From IMG/VR virus record IMGVR_UViG_3300042448_002155, positions 1-64,000 of that record: 64,000 bases of DNA. One strand, 5' to 3'. Under the pieces are notes generated by a model. That model ran no database searches. It was not told where the DNA came from and saw nothing but the letters and a program-made list of their open reading frames with translations. Both the position numbers and the translations under genes were made by a program. This document shows positions 1 through 8,538 of this stretch, in pieces. Source of the stretch: a virus. How positions within the stretch are numbered: position 1 is the stretch's first letter; each line of letters begins with the position of its first letter.

Positions 1-596
1 TGATTAAATACTTTTCTTTGCTCAGATAGACCATGATCTTGAATTTCAATAAAGTAATTTTCTTTTCCTACAATATCTTGCATCTTTTTAGCCGACGCTA
101 GTGCGTAGTTAAAATCATCTCTCAATAAAGCTTGAGACACTTCTCCATTAAGGCACCCAGACAAAACAATAATGCCATCAGAATGTTCCGATATGAGATC
201 ATGATCGACTCTTGGCTTAACATAATACCCTTCAAGAAAAGATCTAGAGGACATTTTAATTATGTTACTATACCCGGCATTATTCTTAGCCAAAATAGTT
301 ATATGATAAGGCCCTCTTTGCTCCCACTCATTCTTAGCTGGGCCTGATCTTTCTTCTGGATCTTTATCGAATCTTGTTTTTCTAGCTTGATAAAATTCAG
401 AACCTAGAATTGGCTTAACCCCAGTTGCTACTCCAGCATCATAAAAATCTAACCATGAATGGATGTTGCCATGATCGGTAGTTGCTAGTCCCTTCATCCC
501 AAGGGACTGCGCTCTATCTAAATACTGCTCTATCCGACCATGACCATCCAACATGGAGTAAACCGTATGGTTATGTAAGTTTGTCCAATTTTTCAC
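1..596 (-). CDS. dnaE: DNA polymerase III alpha subunit, N-terminal PHP domain (runs off the window; absent from the ORF track)
   Basis: Manual translation from GTG at 596 (TAGTG overlap with the upstream stop): MKNWTNLHNHTVYSMLDG...GLATTDHGN...GVKPILGSEFY...HITILAKNNAGYSNIIK...GYYVKPRVD...LSGCLNGEV...YFIEIQDHG. These are the classic DnaE PHP motifs. The frame stays open to the window edge. Confidence 0.95.
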   Translation of the reverse strand, partial: MKNWTNLHNHTVYSMLDGHGRIEQYLDRAQSLGMKGLATTDHGNIHSWLDFYDAGVATGVKPILGSEFYQARKTRFDKDPEERSGPAKNEWEQRGPYHITILAKNNAGYSNIIKMSSRSFLEGYYVKPRVDHDLISEHSDGIIVLSGCLNGEVSQALLRDDFNYALASAKKMQDIVGKENYFIEIQDHGLSEQRKVFN

Positions 597-802
597 TAGA
601 TTCCTCTACTTTTATCCGAACCATCTAAGGCTCTATTTCTTATGTGACGATAAGTAATAATGACTACTCCACCACAAAACTTACAGGGCACTGACTTTCC
701 CTCTTGAGCGAATGGACTATTGTACATATACTTCTCAGGTTGATCTGATTTACATTCAGAACAAACACCGATAACTTCGTCTTCTTCATTGTTCTCTTCC
801 AT
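596..802 (-). CDS. Small zinc-ribbon protein (CxxC...CxxC)
   Basis: CSEC and CKFCGG pairs. RBS GGAGGTG 3 nt before the ATG at 802 favours this start over 808. Confidence 0.7.
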   Translation of the reverse strand: MEENNEEDEVIGVCSECKSDQPEKYMYNSPFAQEGKSVPCKFCGGVVIITYRHIRNRALDGSDKSRGI

Positions 803-1997
803 GTTCACCTCCCTTGCTGAGAGCTACGTAGGCAAATCTGATTGGGGATGGCGCAGATTGCTCTTGAGTTTCCATAAATTTGTCTCCTACTTTTACCCAT
901 TTATTTCTTTTATCCAAAGAGCATTCGCCGCATCCTACTCCGGCTGCGTTTGCTCTTTCGCAAGTATAGGGTCTTCCACCAATTCCTAAGTTTCTTCTTT
1001 TGACCCAATCATTAATGTGGCTGTTAGTTTTCTCCACATTGTAGTCGTCACAGTTACTTAGTATACCGTGCAAAAATTCAATAGATTCCTGGTTGTATGT
1101 CAGGATTGAGCATAGGAATAATCTAGCCTCATGTTCTAGATACTTACTGTCAATCGCCTGTTGCCATAGTCTCTTAATGGCGGAGCAGCTTTCCAGCAAT
1201 CTTTTTGGAGTAAAGTCTTTTTCTTTTTCTTCTACCGTCTTAAAGGCAGATGACCCGTGTCTATTGAAGTATCCAATAAAATCTTTAGATCTTTCTTTAT
1301 CTATTTCTAAGTTATATGTAAACTCTCTAAACCATTCATTTGCTCTGGCATTAAATGCTTGTTCTTGTATCGTATTTTCCGACTGCTCTTTACAGTACTC
1401 CAATACTTCAGCTATTCCCTTACTTAATACCTCAACTGGAATTATATTTTTATAGAGGCCAGTGTCTTGGTGTTGACTTCCTTGTAGTCTCCACATTCTT
1501 CTTGCGTCATATACGCTAAAATCCAAAGAGGTAAGGCTAAGTTTTTCTTTTAAAGAAGTGGCAATGAATCTGAATATGTTTGGAAGATTGTTAGAAGGGC
1601 TAATACCCAGAGTAACAGCCTCACATTCAATGTGAAATCCTTTCTTGCCCGTAAAATAAACTATTATTGCGGATTTTGGAATGTACTGCAGGAGGTACTC
1701 ATATAGCTTTACGCACTCTACGTAGGATATTTCCTGGTCCTTGTTGTCAATATCAAAATACAAAGAACCTAGTCTAACTGCTTCCTCTAGGTCCTGAGAA
1801 TTATAAGACCAGACAGATGTATATAGTCCTATGTTTTTATTCTCTGCTCTAAAAGACTCAATACTATTGACGTCTATTAGAATTGGCTTATCGCCATTCT
1901 TAGAACGTATTACTCTAGAAAGAGAGGGCACATACTTAGCTATCTCTACATACTTCCAAGAAGACAAATATTTAGAGTCATCATCTGGTATTCTCAT
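786..1997 (-). CDS. Archaeo-eukaryotic primase (AEP catalytic domain fused to a PriL-like Fe-S C-terminal domain)
   Basis: AEP motifs YFDID, FTGKKGFH and LDFSVYDARRMWRL. The C-terminal ESCSAI...LEHEARLFL...YTCE...GCGEC matches the PriL 4Fe-4S domain pattern. Confidence 0.85.
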   Translation of the reverse strand: MRIPDDDSKYLSSWKYVEIAKYVPSLSRVIRSKNGDKPILIDVNSIESFRAENKNIGLYTSVWSYNSQDLEEAVRLGSLYFDIDNKDQEISYVECVKLYEYLLQYIPKSAIIVYFTGKKGFHIECEAVTLGISPSNNLPNIFRFIATSLKEKLSLTSLDFSVYDARRMWRLQGSQHQDTGLYKNIIPVEVLSKGIAEVLEYCKEQSENTIQEQAFNARANEWFREFTYNLEIDKERSKDFIGYFNRHGSSAFKTVEEKEKDFTPKRLLESCSAIKRLWQQAIDSKYLEHEARLFLCSILTYNQESIEFLHGILSNCDDYNVEKTNSHINDWVKRRNLGIGGRPYTCERANAAGVGCGECSLDKRNKWVKVGDKFMETQEQSAPSPIRFAYVALSKGGEHGREQ

Positions 1998-2179
1998 AAT
2001 ATTTTAGCTTTACCCTCTTCGCAATTAATGTCAATCGTGGCTATTTTTTCTTCTATAATACTGCCAGAATGTGACCTATAGTAAATGGACTCTTTTATTA
2101 TATCATCTAGGTGCGACAGAATAAACATCCTATTAACTATTCTTATTTGTTTATTTCGAAGACTTTCTCCACTGCTCAT
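1994..2179 (-). CDS. Hypothetical protein
   Basis: 61-aa ORF that overlaps both neighbours in the operon. Confidence 0.5.
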   Translation of the reverse strand: MSSGESLRNKQIRIVNRMFILSHLDDIIKESIYYRSHSGSIIEEKIATIDINCEEGKAKIL

Positions 2180-2825
2180 TCATTAACTCGCTATCTTCAA
2201 TAACATTGTGAATTTTACTTGCAACGTTGTCTGCTATGTGAACAATATAGTCCATATATGTTATGGGGCAAGTCTCTGGAACCGGAGACCAAGGGCCAAG
2301 GTGACATCTTACCAGGCGCAAAATAGTTTGAGCCACATCCTCTGATATAAAAAGACTGGTTGACTGGGAGTCATTTCCGTATTCTTTATCATGCGCTTGA
2401 CACTTTGATATAAAATTACCCACCGTATAAGGATGCATCGGATCATAATTAAATGAAGTTGAATCCTCGGAAGCAATTCCTTTTGTTATGTCGTGCAGTA
2501 TGCATGCTGCAATTATTATATCTCTTTCGTCCCCTGACAACGAATAGGAATCACACAATATAGCGGCAACTCTGACTACACGCTTAGTGTGAAGAACATT
2601 GCCTCCGACATTATGTTCATCTGGCGGATGATACTTCCCAGAAAAACTAGATGGTATATTCCAAAAAATCTCTGCTTTAAGTAAGATTGATCGAACAAAG
2701 GATGCTATCGAGTCATCGTTGATTAAATTAATTTCATTTAAAAGTTCAGATAAAACTTCATTCTCATTAGAAATGATATCGCTTTTATCATCTTTTAATA
2801 TTTCATCTAATATATTTTTTGCCAT
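2151..2825 (-). CDS. HD-domain phosphohydrolase (YhaM-like HD domain)
   Basis: KYHP...GGNVLHT...ACILHDITK...CHLGPW...VHIADNVAS. Start placed at ATG 2825 by the TAATG overlap with the upstream stop. Confidence 0.85.
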   Translation of the reverse strand: MAKNILDEILKDDKSDIISNENEVLSELLNEINLINDDSIASFVRSILLKAEIFWNIPSSFSGKYHPPDEHNVGGNVLHTKRVVRVAAILCDSYSLSGDERDIIIAACILHDITKGIASEDSTSFNYDPMHPYTVGNFISKCQAHDKEYGNDSQSTSLFISEDVAQTILRLVRCHLGPWSPVPETCPITYMDYIVHIADNVASKIHNVIEDSELMNEQWRKSSK

Positions 2826-3601
2826 TATTTCCATCCATTCCATTTTGAGCAAGGCGCATCGAATGGACACTTCTTGCAGTATTGTGTTAAGCCTCTTCGT
2901 GGAACAAAGACCTCTTTAGATTCTATTGAGTCACACCAATATTCTATCGAATCTATGTCCTGTTGATTTATTTCATATTCATTAAACGATAAATTATTAG
3001 ACAATAAATCTATATATCCAAACTTGGTATTTTTTATTTTAGCTGGATGTAGATTTTTAAATGCAAGATACATGGCTGCAAAGTCCATTTGATATATGTG
3101 TCGATAATTATTTTTGTAATTAAACATTAATTTAACTACATAGTTTTCATTATCTTTTCTATATATAACATCAAATTTGTCTTCTATTCTAACGTTATTG
3201 TTTATTGTAATTATATAGTCATCATAGATAGACAAAGGTATGAGATCAGTTTGACTATATGTTTCATGGAATCTCAATAGCAATCCCGCTGCCTGCGTTG
3301 TAAGGCTCGCTGCATTGCCGTAGGCACTCTCGTGCTTTTCTGTAGCGATATCATAGTGACTAGTATCTTTTGGAAACCAAATTTTTTCCCATCTATTTAA
3401 TAAGGAGGCGTATGACGGGGTAATCCCACCTTGTTTCTTGAACCAAAAAAAATGTATAATGCTTTTAATTGTTGCTTCAAATCTAGAAGTATATATATCT
3501 CTAGAGTAAATAGTTTCTGGAAGCTTTTCTACATATCTATAATCGTATAGTCTTTCGCATGTCTGAAAATCTTTAATTGAATTTACATTAAGGTTGATCA
3601 T
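2825..3601 (-). CDS. Cas4/AddB-like PD-(D/E)xK-fold protein with Fe-S cysteines, catalytic motif degenerate
   Basis: N-terminal SIKDFQTCERLYDYRY and C-terminal CKKCPFDAPC. The expected GxxD...(D/E)xK reads DKFD...VVKLMF. Confidence 0.75.
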   Translation of the reverse strand: MINLNVNSIKDFQTCERLYDYRYVEKLPETIYSRDIYTSRFEATIKSIIHFFWFKKQGGITPSYASLLNRWEKIWFPKDTSHYDIATEKHESAYGNAASLTTQAAGLLLRFHETYSQTDLIPLSIYDDYIITINNNVRIEDKFDVIYRKDNENYVVKLMFNYKNNYRHIYQMDFAAMYLAFKNLHPAKIKNTKFGYIDLLSNNLSFNEYEINQQDIDSIEYWCDSIESKEVFVPRRGLTQYCKKCPFDAPCSKWNGWK

Positions 3602-5064
3602 CAATCAAATCCTTCTCCACTTAATAGGTTTTGTAAGTCTGTTTCATCAGAATATGAATTCTTAGAAACATGTTCATATTCTTCATATATTTTCTTTTCA
3701 TCATTATATCTAACTAGAGGTGGATCATACATGAATGCAGATCCAGTAATTCTATTCTTAGGTATTTGTAGTTGCATTACGTGCTCATCCTCAGTTTCGT
3801 CATTTGATGCCAGACGTTTTTCTGTAATGAAAATAGTTACTGCACACTTTTGCTGAATAGCGAGAGATCCACCAGTATCTGACTGTTGAACAACTTCTCT
3901 TTTTTCTTTCATTCTATTTGAGTTCTCTTGTGCCGTAATGATTAGCGCACAGTTCATGTCTCTAGCTAGCTTCTCTAGGCGAACCATCATCTCTTCGAAT
4001 TCACCCCAACGTGGCTTGCCTTTGCCTGCGCCTCTCGTAAACATTGACTGAATTGTATCGATAATTAAAACATCAGGAATTTTATCTCCATGACCTATTA
4101 AGTCTCTTAACCAAAGTTCAAGATCTTCAAAATAAGGTGTGTCCGGATCATGGCGAACCATTAAGCGATCTCCCCATTCTTCAAGCTTAGCCTTGAACTG
4201 ATTCAAGTATCCCTGCTTTTCAGTTTCTGTCCATTTGTCTGATTCTGAATAAACATTCTTGCCAATAATTTGGGTCATTAATATTCTTTCCCAGTGACCA
4301 GTGGCTTCCTCAAAGTTAACAAAGAGAACCCTATGTCCAGTATCTAGCCAATGATTCGCTAGGCACTTTGCGAACGTACTTTTTCCCTTGCCTGAGGCAG
4401 CTATGATGGCGTGTACGGCGCCCTTGAAGAACCCACCATCATCTGTATACCCCATAGCCCTATTTAGGGATTTAAACTGAGTAGACATGAAGTTAGGGAT
4501 ATCCAGAAGACCATCTACTCTGCCAAGAATGTCATTAGCAGTTGTGAGCTTATCCAGCGGATTGTATTTTATTGAATTTTCTAATTCTTTAATTTGAGAT
4601 GTTACTTCATTTATTCTTTGTACATCTTCTATTGACTTCAAGCCTTTTTTATTTAGAAGCAGCTGCAGCTCGTGTAGGTAATTAATTTGCTTGCGCTTAT
4701 TAGCCTTATGCTTGAGCAGCTCTAAGACGGACTCTCTACTAGGTGTGTCGACACTTAGAATGTAGTCCAGCATGATTGATATGCCAGCACCGCCGCCTAG
4801 GGCAGAATAAATATCTGTTTCACTTTCTAGCCAAGATTTAAAAGCTATTGGATCAACTATCTCCAGATTAGTGGCCCTATGGAAAGATAATAAAGCTTCA
4901 TAAAATTCATGAGTTCCCTTTTCGCCATGTATCAATCCGACTATATCGGTTGGTAAATTGTCATTAAAAAAGGCTATTGCCCCATGCTCTTTTAGGCATA
5001 GGGCAAAAGCCTGATACTCTAATGGTGAATTTTCTGACTCAGAGATTTCTTCTATTGTCATCAA
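3601..5064 (-). CDS. dnaB: Replicative DNA helicase, DnaB-like (SF4)
   Basis: Walker A AASGKGKST, FVNFEE, Walker B VLIIDTIQ, LIITAQEN, GSLAIQQ, and KNR arginine finger. Confidence 0.9.
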   Translation of the reverse strand: MMTIEEISESENSPLEYQAFALCLKEHGAIAFFNDNLPTDIVGLIHGEKGTHEFYEALLSFHRATNLEIVDPIAFKSWLESETDIYSALGGGAGISIMLDYILSVDTPSRESVLELLKHKANKRKQINYLHELQLLLNKKGLKSIEDVQRINEVTSQIKELENSIKYNPLDKLTTANDILGRVDGLLDIPNFMSTQFKSLNRAMGYTDDGGFFKGAVHAIIAASGKGKSTFAKCLANHWLDTGHRVLFVNFEEATGHWERILMTQIIGKNVYSESDKWTETEKQGYLNQFKAKLEEWGDRLMVRHDPDTPYFEDLELWLRDLIGHGDKIPDVLIIDTIQSMFTRGAGKGKPRWGEFEEMMVRLEKLARDMNCALIITAQENSNRMKEKREVVQQSDTGGSLAIQQKCAVTIFITEKRLASNDETEDEHVMQLQIPKNRITGSAFMYDPPLVRYNDEKKIYEEYEHVSKNSYSDETDLQNLLSGEGFD

Positions 5065-5695
5065 TTTTAGAACCTTTTATTTTTCTGTATAGACTTTTTC
5101 TATACTCAGAGTTTTTCTTTTTTGCTTCGTTGTAGAATGGATTGTCTGTAAGTGATTTTTTTTGCTTCTTATCAGAGATATAATCACTAGACCTAATTGC
5201 CTCTAGCATTCTATTATACACGCTATCTTCAGTTAGGGAGTCGTTATAGCGGAAAACTATTAGAGCAATACCGTTATCTTTACAGTATTGGACTTTCTTT
5301 TCATCTCTTTTTTGGGCTTCTTCAAACTCATATTTAGATTCAAAAAATCTACTAGTGTAAAAAAAATGCTGACGCCCATGATATTCTGCCGCCAGCTTAT
5401 ATGAGGGACAGTAAACATCAAATCTTAGTCTATCATCAATGTGATATTCATTTACTATTTCTTCACCTGGAAGAATTTTTTGCATGATCTGAGTTAGGGC
5501 TGTTTGACCTCTAGACATTTTTTTTCTAGACTCTTTCAACCAAGACAAACCTAATTGATTTATCTTTTTGTTAACTTCGTTAACTGAAACATCTAGCTGT
5601 CTAGCTATTGCACTAATTGATGAATTTGTCTCTAGTAAAAGATCAATCAAAAACTGTACATCGTCTTCTTCTAGCTTATTCTTTTTATCTTTCAT
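5039..5695 (-). CDS. HTH domain fused to a Vsr/DUF559-like endonuclease
   Basis: N-terminal SISAIARQLDVSVNEVNKKI helix-turn-helix. LRFDVYCP..KLAAEYHGRQH...RDEKKVQYCKDNGIALIVFRY nuclease signature. Confidence 0.75.
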   Translation of the reverse strand: MKDKKNKLEEDDVQFLIDLLLETNSSISAIARQLDVSVNEVNKKINQLGLSWLKESRKKMSRGQTALTQIMQKILPGEEIVNEYHIDDRLRFDVYCPSYKLAAEYHGRQHFFYTSRFFESKYEFEEAQKRDEKKVQYCKDNGIALIVFRYNDSLTEDSVYNRMLEAIRSSDYISDKKQKKSLTDNPFYNEAKKKNSEYRKSLYRKIKGSKIDDNRRNL

Positions 5696-6333
5696 GCTAC
5701 TGGCTGAGGATATGTAACCTTACTCAAACTAAGTGTTTTACCAAAATCTATGGTTGACATATTTAAGTTGTCCCATATTTTTGACATTAAGGCTAGACCT
5801 AATACTCCACAGTCCATAATGCAATAGTCAACTCCACCTTCAAACTCTGCAAGTTGTGCATATATGTTATCAATTTTTTCATAATAATTAGTATAAGCTA
5901 CGTTGATAATGTGGGTATTGTTTCCAAAGTGTTTTTGAATTATCTTTTTATCATGAAAAGTAATAACAACACTAGGTGTATTCTTAATGTAATAATTGAC
6001 TGTTGAATTATATATCTCTTTATTATTCATGTAATAATATTCAAAGATATTAGAATAGTAATACTCTCCATTTTTGTGAAGGCCTATCTTGTAATGCTTG
6101 CCGTCTTCAATGTCAGATACTAGCGAATGCGAAATTGCTTTCATTACATTTGGATCTGTATTCTTCAATGATGAAACTACGTTTTTTGCAAAATGACTTG
6201 GAAAAGAATTGTCCGAGTTTTTGCTTAAGGCAATTATTGCTGATTTTGGAACATTGATGTATGAAAATTTTTTCTTCTTTTCCATAGCAGATGTTAAGTT
6301 GATGATGGACTGTGTTTGATTTAAAAATGTCAT
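5692..6333 (-). CDS. GT-D-fold (DUF1792-like) glycosyltransferase-like protein, divergent
   Basis: C-terminal CIMDCGVLGLALMSKIW...STIDFGK resembles the GT-D GPxAxxL...AIDIGH block. The N-terminal RFGDGE motif is not conserved. Confidence 0.5.
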   Translation of the reverse strand: MTFLNQTQSIINLTSAMEKKKKFSYINVPKSAIIALSKNSDNSFPSHFAKNVVSSLKNTDPNVMKAISHSLVSDIEDGKHYKIGLHKNGEYYYSNIFEYYYMNNKEIYNSTVNYYIKNTPSVVITFHDKKIIQKHFGNNTHIINVAYTNYYEKIDNIYAQLAEFEGGVDYCIMDCGVLGLALMSKIWDNLNMSTIDFGKTLSLSKVTYPQPVA

Positions 6334-6342
6334 ATTTTCCTA

Positions 6343-7035
6343 TTAAATTCCAAACGTTCCCCAGTCAATTAAGACTGGGTTAGTGTCCAATATTGAGTTG
6401 ATATGGCTAAGGTTATGAAACTCTCCACCATCTATTTCTGTATATCTTTCATGCTTTATCTGCTTATCTTGATCTAAGATGTAACCTAGATGTTGCATTA
6501 CTAGCTTAGAGTCTTTCCAAAAATTACCTTGTCTCATCCAGTCAGCTACATAGGTAGGTTCCGAACCGCAAGCCAGTTTTCTATTTGCAAATCCGCCACC
6601 CTCTACAAATCTAAAAATTCTAGAACTATTATTTGGCGCCCAAAGCTTGTCTACTCGATACTGGTTTTCATTCCACATATGATAAAATCTTACATTAACT
6701 ACATCCTGCGGAGATTGACCTAGTACTGTTCTGATGTCAATATTTTCCAAGTGAAAAAGTTTTTCATCACAATCAATTGCAATAATCCAATCACCTTTTT
6801 TGGCGAACTTTTCCATATTGCCCCAGGCATATGCTCGAAGCTTACCTTCGTGAACTTTAAATAGTGGCTCTGGCGACTGAAAAACTTCTGCGTACTTTGC
6901 AGCTATTTCAGGAGTATTATCAGTAGAGCAGTCGTCTGTGAAAATAATTTTGTCAACTTGACTGCTAAGTTTTTGAAGAACATCTTCTAAGAATCTAGAA
7001 GATTCATTGCGGCCTATCATTTGTGCATAAATCAT
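6343..7035 (-). CDS. Family 2 (GT-A) glycosyltransferase
   Basis: MIGRNE...IIFTDDCSTDNT...WIIAIDCDE (DxD)...HLGY. Start placed at ATG 7035 because the longer ORF start lies inside the terminator hairpin. Confidence 0.85.
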   Translation of the reverse strand: MIYAQMIGRNESSRFLEDVLQKLSSQVDKIIFTDDCSTDNTPEIAAKYAEVFQSPEPLFKVHEGKLRAYAWGNMEKFAKKGDWIIAIDCDEKLFHLENIDIRTVLGQSPQDVVNVRFYHMWNENQYRVDKLWAPNNSSRIFRFVEGGGFANRKLACGSEPTYVADWMRQGNFWKDSKLVMQHLGYILDQDKQIKHERYTEIDGGEFHNLSHINSILDTNPVLIDWGTFGI

Positions 7036-7050
7036 TATTGTCCTAAGGGT

Positions 7051-7085
7051 AAAAAAGATTGAGGGGAGAGACCCCCCCCTCAATC
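7051..7085 (-). terminator. Intrinsic (Rho-independent) terminator
   Basis: Perfect 10-bp stem GATTGAGGGG/CCCCTCAATC (7057-7066, 7076-7085), followed on the minus strand by TTTTTT (7056-7051). Confidence 0.8.
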
Positions 7086-7112
7086 TAAATTGAATATGAT
7101 ACGAAGGTTATT

Positions 7113-7307
7113 TCAGTTAACTAGTTGTTCGCGAGCTTCAATAGCAGAAATTCGCTCGATCTCTACATCGCTGCAGATGAGTTCTCCGGAAATACCAGAA
7201 GTACGACGACCGTTGCTCATTGCAATTTTTTGAGCTTCAGCCTTATTGTTTGCCTTGACTACTGATGTTGTTGTTACTGTGAAATACTTGAACTTATTGT
7301 CTGACAT
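7113..7307 (-). CDS. Small hypothetical protein
   Basis: 64 aa, strong RBS AGAAAGGA, followed by a terminator. Confidence 0.7.
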   Translation of the reverse strand: MSDNKFKYFTVTTTSVVKANNKAEAQKIAMSNGRRTSGISGELICSDVEIERISAIEAREQLVN

Positions 7308-7323
7308 TTTAGTCCTTTCTAGA

Positions 7324-7728
7324 CTAATTTGATGGATAATTGACTGCGATATATTCTATCGCATCTTGCATTGATGGTGCAAGCTTTGTTGCCATGTATT
7401 TTAGATAGACTCTATTTTTATTGGAGTCACAGCAAAAAACAACTGCTGGCTGATTATTAAACTTAGCCCAAGCTAACTCAAAATCAGTACCTATATACGC
7501 GCGATCTTGTAACATATATTCTACCAGAATGATATCTGCTCTGCGTTGCATGAAAAGATTTTTTTCAACAATTTCTTCCGGTGTTTCGTAATCTTTATCA
7601 GCGATATTCATTGGATCCAATACGTCATAGCCTGCAAGGTGCAAAGCTTTTGTTGCAGACTTGCGCCAAAAACGACCATAGTCTTCAACTCCTTCTATTG
7701 CTCCGGAAAGAAATACTTTAAGAGGCAT
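7324..7728 (-). CDS. Nucleoside 2-deoxyribosyltransferase/hydrolase-like protein
   Basis: KVFLSGAI...VLDP...RADIILVE...GTDFELAWA, the typical NDT-family pattern including the catalytic Glu. Confidence 0.8.
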   Translation of the reverse strand: MPLKVFLSGAIEGVEDYGRFWRKSATKALHLAGYDVLDPMNIADKDYETPEEIVEKNLFMQRRADIILVEYMLQDRAYIGTDFELAWAKFNNQPAVVFCCDSNKNRVYLKYMATKLAPSMQDAIEYIAVNYPSN

Positions 7729-8137
7729 ATGCTACTCCTGGCCAATAGTATTCTAAATCAATTGGTTCATCGAAATATTGTGAATAGTATGAAAAATCTT
7801 TACGAAGAAGATTTGACCTATGTGATCTATGAAACTCTTCATTTCCAAACCATGCTGGCATGACTACTGAGTTTGGTTCTATTTCCTCAAGGGACATATT
7901 ATTCTTATATCCTCTACGGGACCATTCGCGGATAGTCATATTCTGATACAACTTTAAAGCGGATTCATAACCGGTCCACATTAATGTAACCGGATGATTT
8001 CGCCAGCCTTTTGTAGGCGTTCTTTCTAGCAGTATGTTAAGAACCTGATATGTTTCAACGCGTTGCTTTCCAAGACGACGGTAATCTAATGTTTCTACAG
8101 ACTTTTTAAAATCTGCATATGGTAGAAATGTCTGCAC
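7718..8137 (-). CDS. MSMEG_6728-family / pyrimidine-dimer DNA glycosylase-like protein
   Basis: MQTFLPY.DF...LD.RRLGKQRVE..Q...GWRNHP...MW.GY...HRSHRSNLLRKD...Y.WP. Confidence 0.85.
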   Translation of the reverse strand: MQTFLPYADFKKSVETLDYRRLGKQRVETYQVLNILLERTPTKGWRNHPVTLMWTGYESALKLYQNMTIREWSRRGYKNNMSLEEIEPNSVVMPAWFGNEEFHRSHRSNLLRKDFSYYSQYFDEPIDLEYYWPGVAYAS

Positions 8138-8138
8138 T

Positions 8139-8537
8139 TTAGTCCTTTTTAAATTCAGTGAATGTTTTGTCGCCTACGCCAAAGTACTCTCTAGCTAGAC
8201 CAGATGCTATTATAGCATCATTTAGGCACTCTCCGGCTGCATTCCATACTCGAGCTAAAACTCTTCCGTACTTTTCATTCTTGTCAAGAATAGTTTCTAT
8301 CTTGACCTTATGGCTAGCCGCTGTTAGCCACTGGTCAGTAAACTCTTTTGCTGCTAGACCCATTTTCTTTTCTTCTAGATTCGTAGTGCGACTCTCTGGA
8401 GTATTTACTCCATAAAGACGAACTCTACCCTTTCTTAGAGTATCAAATCCTAAGTCAATAACAATATCGAACGTATCGCCATCAACAACTTTTTTTACCT
8501 CTGCGTTATATATCCATGGATTTAATTTATCTGACAT
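8139..8537 (-). CDS. Thermonuclease (staphylococcal nuclease family)
   Basis: VVDGDT...VRLYGVNTPE...KYGRVLA...LNDAIIASGLAREY. Confidence 0.92.
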   Translation of the reverse strand: MSDKLNPWIYNAEVKKVVDGDTFDIVIDLGFDTLRKGRVRLYGVNTPESRTTNLEEKKMGLAAKEFTDQWLTAASHKVKIETILDKNEKYGRVLARVWNAAGECLNDAIIASGLAREYFGVGDKTFTEFKKD

Positions 8538-8538
8538 T

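Noticed and set aside
2151-2825. DatZ of a 2-aminoadenine (Z) genome system
   Set aside because: The motif pattern is YhaM-like and no purZ/mazZ is present in the window.
2825-3601. CRISPR-Cas system suggested by the Cas4-like and HD genes
   Set aside because: No repeat-spacer array and no cas1/cas2/effector genes are visible; the context is phage replication.
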